Shown here: in pieces, positions 56,878-64,000 of the stretch
How positions within the stretch are numbered: the first letter of the stretch is position 1
How the letters are laid out: each line of letters begins with the position of its first letter
From: Thermodesulfobacteriota bacterium
GTDB taxonomy: Bacteria; Desulfobacterota; BSN033; UBA1163
DNA: 64,000 nt
Reading direction: 5' to 3'
Assembly: GCA_036769565.1 (NCBI GenBank)
Contig: DAIPKW010000001.1
Coordinates: 44,416 to 108,415, forward strand
Notes under the pieces: generated by a model
What the model was told of the DNA's origin: nothing
The model's database searches: none
Seen by the model: the letters and a program-made list of their open reading frames with translations, nothing else
Translations under genes and position numbers: made by a program

Positions 56878-59526
56878 TTGGCTGAGGAAATGGGTTCTTC
56901 TACAGTGCCTAGCGGCATTCAGGCTTTGGATGATGTACTACAGGGAATTCGTCTCGGTGACAATGTGGTCTGGCAGGTGGAGCGGTTAGAGGATTACCTC
57001 TACTTTGCCGTCCCATTTGCTGAAGCCTCCATCGCCTCCAAGCGGCGCATGGTCTATCTTCGGTTCGCCTCCCATCCTCCTGTTCTGACACCGCGACCGG
57101 GTTTGGAGATCATTGAATTAAATCCTGCTCTGGGGTTCGACTACTTTTCAAAGGAAACGCATCGCCTCATTGAAGCCTATGGCCATGAGGTCATGTACGT
57201 CTTTGACAATCTCTCTGCCCTGGTGGTGGAGTGGGCCACAGATGAACTTTTAGCCAATTTTTTTCAGATCACCTGCCCTTTGCTCTACGAATATGACACC
57301 ATCGCCTATTTTGCCTTAACGCGCGGCCAGCACGCACATCATGCCGTTGCCCGGATTCGGGACACCACCCAGATCCTGGTGGATGTCTACCAGATCAATG
57401 GACAGATGCATATCCACCCCATCAAGGTCTGGGATCGCTACTCGCCTCAGATGTTTCTTCCCCATCTTGTGGCAGGAGACCAGTGGGCACCTCTTGCACA
57501 AAGTCAGGAAGCGGCCAAGGTGCTTTCGTCGGCCTATCAATCGCCTCTCCTCGACACCACTCGACCGATCGCCCCCTGGGAAAGTGTCTATCAAAAACTC
57601 CTCCACTATCGCAACACTGCTTCGGGATTTGACGAGACCGATCCAGAACAACTGGCTTTAAAATTGGAATTGAGCCGGATGCTCATTGGCCATCACCCGG
57701 TCTTCAGTCAGTTAGCCGACCGTTACTTTACACTGGATGATCTTTTTCAAATTCGTAACCGCATGATCGGGGCAGGCCGGATCGGTGGAAAAGCGGCTGG
57801 CATGCTGTTGGCGAGGCGAATCCTGCTGTCATCAAAGGAGAATGATGGATTTGACTTTGCAGAGAGGCTTGATGACCATGACTCCTTCTATATCGGCTCG
57901 GATGTGTTTTTCACCTTTCTGGTCAACAATGATCTGTTCCGTCTCCGTCTTCGATTGACCTGCAATTCCGAAACGTCTCATGACGAGTTCCAGGAGATTG
58001 AGAAGCGTTTTTTAGCCGGTCGTTTTTCAGCCATGGTCCAGGAGCAATTTCAGGCCATGCTTGACTACTATGGCCAGGCACCCATTATCGTCCGCTCCAG
58101 CAGCCTTTTGGAAGATAGCTTTGGAAATGCCTTCGCAGGCAAGTATTCGAGCATCTTCTGCCCGAACCAGGGAACCCCGGAGGCCCGCCTGGCGGAATTT
58201 ATGAAAGCGGTTAAATTGGTTTACGCCAGCGCCCTCAATCCGGATGCGCTCTGCTATCGGAGCAAGCGGGGCCTGGGCGAATATGACGAACAGATGGCCA
58301 TTCTCGTTCAGCGCGTCTCGGGTATGCCCTATCGCCACTACTTTTTCCCCACCCTGGCAGGAGTCGCCTTTTCACGCAATCTCTATGCCTGGAACGACCT
58401 CATCGATACCCGTCAGGGAATCATCCGACTGGTCTTCGGTCTGGGCACCCGGGCTGTGGATCGGGTCGATTCCGACTACCCCCGTATGATTGCGATCAGC
58501 CATCCACACCTACGTCCAGAAGTGGGGCCCAAAGTCTACAAATACTCCCAGCACCATATGGATCTGATCGACCTGAAAAAGAATCAGTTCACCACTTGTT
58601 TGTTGACCGATGTCCTCTCGGATGGCGACTATCCCAATCTCCACCTCTTGCTTTCGATGATGCGTGACCGTTATCCTTATGATCCCATCTCTAAAAAAGT
58701 CCTTGGTAATAAAGATCAATGGGTCTTCACCTTTAATAACTTAATCCAACAGACCGATTTCGTACCCCTCATGGGAAAAATATTAACCAGACTGGAAGAA
58801 GCCTACGGCCAGCCAGTAGACATCGAGTTTACCGCCTCTCTCGATACAATGAACCGCATCCATATCAACCTGCTTCAATGCCGTCCGCTCTATCTGCCTG
58901 GATCTCTGGAAGATGTATCCATACCGGATTCTCTCCATAGGAGCCAAATTCTATTTCGCGCCCACCGAATGATCTGTGGCGGCTTCGTGGAACAAATCCG
59001 TTACATCCTCTACATCGATCCAAAAACCTACAATCGCATCAGCTACGAGGCCAAAAAATCCCTGGGCCGCATGGTCGGACAAATCAACAGACATCCAATG
59101 ATTCGGTTTGAAAAGATCATCATGATGGGACCGGGACGCTGGGGAACCAGTAACATCGCCCTCGGAGTCAATGTGAGTTATGCCGACATTGATAATGCTT
59201 CGGTTTTGGTGGAAATGGCCCTCGAAGAGGCAGGACATGTGCCTGAAGTCTCATACGGAACACACTTTTTCCACGATTTGATCGAGGCCCGGATCATTTA
59301 CCTGCCGGTCTACCCTGCCGACCGCTCATCAGAGCTTCAGACAAAATTCTTTGAAACCTCGCCCAATGTGCTCTGTGAGTTTTTGCCTGAAGCCAAAGAA
59401 TTTGAATCGGTTCTCCATCTGATTGATGTTCCCAGATCAACTGGAGGGGCATTGGTTCAGGTGGTTGCCGATCCGAGGCGGCAACAGGCAGTCTGTTTTT
59501 TAGATAAACCTGTCCCAACGGTTTGA
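56878..59526 (+). CDS. PEP/pyruvate-binding (PPDK_N, ATP-grasp-like) domain protein with a degenerate KaiC/RecA-like N-terminal domain
   Basis: The central IIVRSSSLLEDSFGNAFAGKYSSI matches the nucleotide-binding domain of PEP synthase and PPDK. The N-terminal SGIQALDDVLQGIRLGDNVVW resembles the KaiC/RAD55 GIPGLDE..GGG..G..V motif but has no Walker A GKT. There is no recognisable phosphohistidine swivel motif. Confidence 0.7.
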   Translation: MAEEMGSSTVPSGIQALDDVLQGIRLGDNVVWQVERLEDYLYFAVPFAEASIASKRRMVYLRFASHPPVLTPRPGLEIIELNPALGFDYFSKETHRLIEAYGHEVMYVFDNLSALVVEWATDELLANFFQITCPLLYEYDTIAYFALTRGQHAHHAVARIRDTTQILVDVYQINGQMHIHPIKVWDRYSPQMFLPHLVAGDQWAPLAQSQEAAKVLSSAYQSPLLDTTRPIAPWESVYQKLLHYRNTASGFDETDPEQLALKLELSRMLIGHHPVFSQLADRYFTLDDLFQIRNRMIGAGRIGGKAAGMLLARRILLSSKENDGFDFAERLDDHDSFYIGSDVFFTFLVNNDLFRLRLRLTCNSETSHDEFQEIEKRFLAGRFSAMVQEQFQAMLDYYGQAPIIVRSSSLLEDSFGNAFAGKYSSIFCPNQGTPEARLAEFMKAVKLVYASALNPDALCYRSKRGLGEYDEQMAILVQRVSGMPYRHYFFPTLAGVAFSRNLYAWNDLIDTRQGIIRLVFGLGTRAVDRVDSDYPRMIAISHPHLRPEVGPKVYKYSQHHMDLIDLKKNQFTTCLLTDVLSDGDYPNLHLLLSMMRDRYPYDPISKKVLGNKDQWVFTFNNLIQQTDFVPLMGKILTRLEEAYGQPVDIEFTASLDTMNRIHINLLQCRPLYLPGSLEDVSIPDSLHRSQILFRAHRMICGGFVEQIRYILYIDPKTYNRISYEAKKSLGRMVGQINRHPMIRFEKIIMMGPGRWGTSNIALGVNVSYADIDNASVLVEMALEEAGHVPEVSYGTHFFHDLIEARIIYLPVYPADRSSELQTKFFETSPNVLCEFLPEAKEFESVLHLIDVPRSTGGALVQVVADPRRQQAVCFLDKPVPTV

Positions 59527-59732
59527 TGGTTCAATCTTAAGGTGACTGAAGAATAAATTGGAGTCCTTTATCGAAGCTCTGTTTCTGGGAAGTATCGTTC
59601 ACTCTTATTCTGGCGACAGCAGATCGGGTTACTGAGGCTTTAAATCTTCTCCTAAGAAAATGATGAATCGGTCTAACCTTCCAAGGGCAATCCTATTCCG
59701 GTTGAAATGCTCTCAATTCTATTTCCAGAACT

Positions 59733-60404
59733 TCAAATGGGATTCGGGTCGCAGAAGCAGCCAAAAGTGCCTTCCGTGCAACAATTGGGCATCTCTTCCA
59801 ACCTGATACATCTTCCGCAGAGTTCTCCGGGTTCTTTCACTCCCTGACAAGGAACGACCATTCCTGGGCAGACATAATCGCATCCCCTGCAGAGACGGCA
59901 GGTGTCGGGTCGGACTTGAAAAGGCATACTGATCTTCCTGCCCGTTCCTCTTCCCACAAAACCGAGCGCCCTTCCATCCATCTGCTCATAACACATCCGA
60001 ATGCAGAGGCCGCAAAGCACACACCGGTTATCTTCCATTGGAAATCGGACTTTAAGAAGTCCCATGCGAGCCGCAATATCCTGTGCAATCTTCACATTGG
60101 GTGCACTGGCCACCAGAAGTTCTGCCAGCATCTTTCGTGCGCGGATGATCCGTGGGGTCTGTGTTTGAATCACCAAACCCTCTCTCACCTCATAGGTACA
60201 GGCTGTATCAATAAATGGCTTACCGCCATTTTGGCTAATCTCTACCACACAGATCCTGCATCCTCCATAAGGAGAAAGGTGCTCCATATAACACATCGTG
60301 GGAATGTGGATCCCAAATTGACGTCCCGCTTCAAGGATGGTGCTCCCCTGCTCCACTTCTAACAAACGCCCATCAATAGTGATCTGAACTGTTTTTCTCT
60401 CCAT
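59733..60404 (-). CDS. 2Fe-2S plus 4Fe-4S iron-sulfur protein, NuoG N-terminal fragment / HoxU-like
   Basis: Plant-ferredoxin-like 2Fe-2S (C..GGCRIC) followed by His-ligated and 4Fe-4S cluster motifs. 223 aa, no catalytic domain. Confidence 0.75.
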   Translation of the reverse strand: MERKTVQITIDGRLLEVEQGSTILEAGRQFGIHIPTMCYMEHLSPYGGCRICVVEISQNGGKPFIDTACTYEVREGLVIQTQTPRIIRARKMLAELLVASAPNVKIAQDIAARMGLLKVRFPMEDNRCVLCGLCIRMCYEQMDGRALGFVGRGTGRKISMPFQVRPDTCRLCRGCDYVCPGMVVPCQGVKEPGELCGRCIRLEEMPNCCTEGTFGCFCDPNPI

Positions 60405-60469
60405 TTTGTTCTCCTTGGTTCATTCTCATCCCTGCCCCTCCACCATCGAAAGGGAAGAAGGAGTGAGAG

Positions 60470-62320
60470 CTATTGAACCATCACTGCTTCAACTTTACAA
60501 ACATCTTTACAGGAACCGCATTTTGAGCAGCGCTCGGCTACAATACGATGTACCTGTTTCTTCTCACCAACAATGGCCTGGGTCGGGCAGATCTTCGCAC
60601 AGGCACCACATCCAGTGCATGCCTCTGAAATGACATATTGGATGAGCGATGTACATACACCAGCAGGGCATCTTTTTTGATGAATATGAGCCTCAAATTC
60701 TGGGCGAAAATATCTCAGCGCTGAAAGCACCGGATTAGGTGCTGTCTTTCCCAGACCGCAGAGGGAGGTATCCGCCACGACCTCAGACAATTCTTCAAGG
60801 AGTGCCAAACTCTCTTCATCTCCTTCTCCCTCCGTAATCCTATCGAGAATCTGCCCCATCCTTTTCAGTCCTTCACGGCAGGGAAGACATTTACCACAGG
60901 ATTCCTCCTCTAAGAAATGGACAAAATACCTCGCCACATCGACCATACAGGTCCCCTCATCCATCACGATCATTCCTCCAGAGCCCATCATCGAACCCAC
61001 CTGCGTTAAACTGTCGAAATCAACTGGAAGATCGAATAAGGAAGCAGGAATACAACCCCCTGATGGTCCCCCTGTCTGCACTGCTTTAATCTTTCGCCCA
61101 TCTTGCGGACCACCCCCAATGTCGTAGATGATCTCTTTAAGGGTGATGCCCATGGGGACTTCTACCAATCCGGTATTCTTCACTTTCCCTACCAGAGAAA
61201 AGATCTTTGTCCCCTTGCTCTTTTCGTTGCCAATAGAGGAGAACCATTGGCTTCCCCTCTCAATGATCAATGGAACATTGGCCCAAGTTTCGACATTGTT
61301 GAGATTCGTGGGTTTCCCCCAGAGTCCTCGGTTTACGGTGTGAACCTGTTTACTTCTGGGTTCTCCAACCCTCCCCTCGATGGACGCAACCAAAGCAGTC
61401 GATTCTCCGCAGACAAAGGCACCACCTCCTTTGGCAATCTCCACATCGAAATCAAAACCAGAGCCCAGAATGTTTTTCCCAAGCAATCCTGCCTTTCTGG
61501 CCTGGATGATGGCAATCTCACCATTCTGACAAGCCAGGGGATACTCATGTCTGACGTAGATGTACCCATGGCTTCCCCCGATCGCATAGGCGCCTATGAT
61601 CATCCCTTCCAAGATCGAATGAGGGTTCCCCTCGAGTAAGCTTCGGTCCATATAGGCTCCTGGATCTCCCTCATCGCAATTGCATATGATATACTTTGGA
61701 CTACCTTGGGCATGGCGGCAATCATTCCATTTTTGACCTGTTGGAAATCCAGCCCCTCCTCTTCCTCTCAAACCAGATGCCTTCACCTCATCGATGATCT
61801 GTTCAGGCTCCATTTCAAAGAGAGCCTTTGCCAGGGCCTGATATCCCCCGATGCCGATATAGTCCTCTATCTTCGCCGGATCGAGTAAGCCGTTATTTCC
61901 TAAGAGCAATCGATTCTGTAATTTATAAAAAGAAACCTCTCTCTCTGAGGAGATCTTTCTTTTAGTGCTTGTGTCCTCGTAGAGGAGATTTTCCAATACT
62001 TTTCCCTTTCCAATCGTCTCCGAAAGGATGATCGGTACATCCTTTTCTTGCACCTTCTGATAAAAAATTCCATGCGGTTGGATGGTCACAATGGGTCCCC
62101 TTTCACAGAACCCCCGGCATCCAGTAAACCTCAATCGGATCTTTTTATCCATGAGGTTATTTTTTATGCCTTTGGCAAACTGGTCCCTCACCTTTTTACA
62201 TCCATAAGCATGACATCCGGTGCCACCGCACACGGATACAGTCATCTCATAGCGCTTCTGCTTTAAAAGGATATCATCTCTCCACTGATCTAAATCCTTA
62301 AGTGATTTGACTTTTCTCAT
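60470..62320 (-). CDS. NAD(P)H dehydrogenase flavoprotein subunit, NuoF/HoxF/HndC-like, with N-terminal thioredoxin-like 2Fe-2S and C-terminal 2x4Fe-4S domains
   Basis: GRGGAGFPTG..W FMN/NADH site and the SLBB region. N-terminal CGGTGC...C..C and C-terminal ferredoxin Cys clusters. 616 aa. Confidence 0.85.
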   Translation of the reverse strand: MRKVKSLKDLDQWRDDILLKQKRYEMTVSVCGGTGCHAYGCKKVRDQFAKGIKNNLMDKKIRLRFTGCRGFCERGPIVTIQPHGIFYQKVQEKDVPIILSETIGKGKVLENLLYEDTSTKRKISSEREVSFYKLQNRLLLGNNGLLDPAKIEDYIGIGGYQALAKALFEMEPEQIIDEVKASGLRGRGGAGFPTGQKWNDCRHAQGSPKYIICNCDEGDPGAYMDRSLLEGNPHSILEGMIIGAYAIGGSHGYIYVRHEYPLACQNGEIAIIQARKAGLLGKNILGSGFDFDVEIAKGGGAFVCGESTALVASIEGRVGEPRSKQVHTVNRGLWGKPTNLNNVETWANVPLIIERGSQWFSSIGNEKSKGTKIFSLVGKVKNTGLVEVPMGITLKEIIYDIGGGPQDGRKIKAVQTGGPSGGCIPASLFDLPVDFDSLTQVGSMMGSGGMIVMDEGTCMVDVARYFVHFLEEESCGKCLPCREGLKRMGQILDRITEGEGDEESLALLEELSEVVADTSLCGLGKTAPNPVLSALRYFRPEFEAHIHQKRCPAGVCTSLIQYVISEACTGCGACAKICPTQAIVGEKKQVHRIVAERCSKCGSCKDVCKVEAVMVQ

Positions 62321-62805
62321 GACTTCACCCCACTCCGCTTGTTATTTATTTTTTCAATAATTCTTCTGGCCTTGATGGGTGTCATCTCTCCATAAAATTT
62401 TTGATCCACCATCATCACTGGACCAATGGCACAGACCCCAAGACAGTTCACCACATTTAGAGAAAACTGTTTATCTGAAGTGGTTTGCCCGGGTTCAATG
62501 CAAAGGAAACTCTTAAGTTCTCTCAAAATCTTTGGGCCTCCCCGAACATGGCAGGCTGTTCCCATGCAGAGCGTGATGGAGTGTCTACCCTTTGGAACGA
62601 GACTGAATGATTTATAGAAGGTTGCAACGCCATAGATCTCATTGATGTCCATGCGGAGCCTGGAGGCAATCATTCTTAATGCCTCTTCAGGAAGATAGCG
62701 ATAACGGTCCTGCACATCGTGTAGAATGCTTATAAGAGCAGTTCTCTTCTCCTGATACTTGTCGACGATAAAATCGACTGATTTTAGGTCCATATTCCCC
62801 TCCAA
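62317..62805 (-). CDS. NuoE/HoxE-like thioredoxin-fold 2Fe-2S subunit
   Basis: 162 aa. C...GTACHVRG...C...C pattern of the 24-kDa subunit family. Confidence 0.8.
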   Translation of the reverse strand: MEGNMDLKSVDFIVDKYQEKRTALISILHDVQDRYRYLPEEALRMIASRLRMDINEIYGVATFYKSFSLVPKGRHSITLCMGTACHVRGGPKILRELKSFLCIEPGQTTSDKQFSLNVVNCLGVCAIGPVMMVDQKFYGEMTPIKARRIIEKINNKRSGVKS

Positions 62806-62893
62806 AGAAATGTGGAATGTAATAACTTTAAATAAAAACAGTTATACTTAATTTATTTATCAAAAAAAATTAAAATTTAATTTTTACTAAAAT

Positions 62894-63964
62894 TTATAAC
62901 CCCGACCTCGGTGGACTTAAAATCCAAAGTATTACAGCCTCTCCTCTCCCTCTATTTGACCATTTTGAAGGAAAAGTCGACCCAATATATAGGCTATCTC
63001 CTTGTTTTAATATATGATTTTCGTTATTGATTTCTACCTCAAGTTCTCCTGCCATGACATAGACAAATTCATCTCCCTTGTGACTATAGAAGTGGCCTTT
63101 GACTATAGCTCCCTCCTTGAGCGTTAATAGATAAGGTTCCATTCTCCGGTTGAGGGAATCCGAAATTAGGAGCTGGAGTTTGACATCTTTCCCCCTAATG
63201 GATGGAAGCTGAATCTCTTGTCTTTCGTCTGATCTGATGACCAGCTTTTGGAGAGGACTACTTTCGCTTTCCACTAAAAAGTAGATGGGCTGTGTATTCA
63301 ATTTCTCACTCAATTTAAGAAGAGAATCGAGAGAGGGACTAATCAGATTCTTTTCAAGTTGTGAAATGAAGCTTGGGGTTAGCCCTACCTGTTCCGCTAA
63401 TTCCTTCTGAGTCATCCCCGCTTTCTTCCTTAGTGATCTGACCTTTTCGCCGAGATTGCTGGGTCTTCTACCCCCAATCGACGGAAAGATGATCTCTTCA
63501 TCCCAGACCTCATAATGTTTAGGAAGAAAGGCGGTCTTTGAAAACCGACCTTCAATCTTGATGGCCTTGAAAAAGAGTTCCCCATCCTTTTTCTCAAGTT
63601 CAATGGCAACTTGAGTGATATGCTTGAGATTGGCTTTAAAGGATGCGGAATGTGCCTCTTTCTCTAATACCCAATAAGCAACGGTCTGAAGATCATAGAG
63701 CCGGGGACAGGAGTAGGTAAAAAACTTATACGTCAGGTTCTCATCCCCCCAGATATCTTGCATACCTGTGAGGCTGTCGAAGATATAACGAACGCCTGGT
63801 CCCTTCTCAATCTCTATTCGGTCTATGGCCACCCGAAATTGTGAGTGGTCTTTTGGGTTTTCAACCTTGATGACATGTCCTCTGAACCCTTCTCTCTCTT
63901 TTTCATAGAACTGAGCGAAGAGGGGATCACTGTTTCCTTTTCCGGAGGTAAAGCAATCAAGCAC
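62894..63964 (-). CDS. XRE family HTH transcriptional regulator with C-terminal cupin domain and an uncharacterised N-terminal domain of about 185 aa
   Basis: Central LRKKAGMTQKELAEQVGLTPSFISQLE XRE HTH and a C-terminal cupin (HSHKGDEFVYVMAGELEV). Heads the diaphorase operon. Confidence 0.7.
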   Translation of the reverse strand: MLDCFTSGKGNSDPLFAQFYEKEREGFRGHVIKVENPKDHSQFRVAIDRIEIEKGPGVRYIFDSLTGMQDIWGDENLTYKFFTYSCPRLYDLQTVAYWVLEKEAHSASFKANLKHITQVAIELEKKDGELFFKAIKIEGRFSKTAFLPKHYEVWDEEIIFPSIGGRRPSNLGEKVRSLRKKAGMTQKELAEQVGLTPSFISQLEKNLISPSLDSLLKLSEKLNTQPIYFLVESESSPLQKLVIRSDERQEIQLPSIRGKDVKLQLLISDSLNRRMEPYLLTLKEGAIVKGHFYSHKGDEFVYVMAGELEVEINNENHILKQGDSLYIGSTFPSKWSNRGRGEAVILWILSPPRSGL

Positions 63965-64000
63965 GGTTAAATGTTCTAAATGTGAAAGGTGGGATAAGCG

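Noticed and set aside
1-64000. CRISPR arrays, tRNA or rRNA genes, transposases or integrases
   Set aside because: No regularly spaced direct repeats. No tRNA-like T-loop or anticodon-arm signatures in the intergenic regions. No ORF with a transposase or integrase motif. The window appears to be core chromosome.

Overview
This 64 kb window looks like a chromosomal segment from a bacterium of about 50% GC, not a mobile island. It carries no rRNA, tRNA, CRISPR array, transposase or integrase that I could see. Gene content hints at an anaerobic or microaerophilic uncultivated lineage: DhnA-type class I aldolase, GSI-alpha glutamine synthetase, a HoxEFU-like diaphorase and a B12-radical SAM protein. 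This is a low-confidence inference.

Gene content, in order:
- fur-feoB-(small Cys-rich ORF)-dtxR iron operon.
- cmk-ispH-rpsA operon on the minus strand.
- An aminotransferase-transaldolase-alanine dehydrogenase operon.
- A HutC/GntR-regulated ABC importer of the Fe(III)/2-aminoethylphosphonate type (fused permease, TOBE ATPase, family 1 binding protein), divergent from an 805-aa FAD/GcvT-domain dimethylglycine-dehydrogenase-family gene.
- HAD phosphatases, transketolase and a PiT phosphate transporter with its DUF47 partner.
- M23 peptidase, TldD/PmbA, fabH, alr, a GNAT, recN-nadK, ybaN, rluB, scpB, hfq-miaA, a GAF/Fis regulator, a queG-like gene, mnmG, an MDR dehydrogenase, an alpha/beta hydrolase plus B12-radical SAM pair, DhnA aldolase, a leuB-like gene, purD, purH, a LUD-domain gene and glnA.
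- A GAF-ANTAR regulator, a frameshifted UPF0261 (Tm-1-like) gene, a TPR-like hypothetical, and an 882-aa protein fusing a degenerate KaiC/RecA-like domain to a PEP/pyruvate-binding (PPDK_N) domain.
- A NuoE/NuoF/HoxU-like diaphorase operon with no catalytic partner, headed by a three-domain XRE-cupin regulator.

The most interesting signals are non-coding or architectural:
- A 16-bp imperfect palindrome ACCTRTCTATRCAGGT sits downstream of the -35 box at three promoters.
- A sense-oriented motif CGATACGGGCWTCGT lies upstream of glnA, the leuB-like gene and the DMGDH-family gene.
- An in-frame amber codon interrupts the pit N-terminus and a +1 frameshift interrupts the UPF0261 gene.
- The ANTAR-headed cassette and the orphan diaphorase module are each partnered with uncharacterised proteins.

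Every call comes from reading the translations and the DNA by eye. No database search was run.
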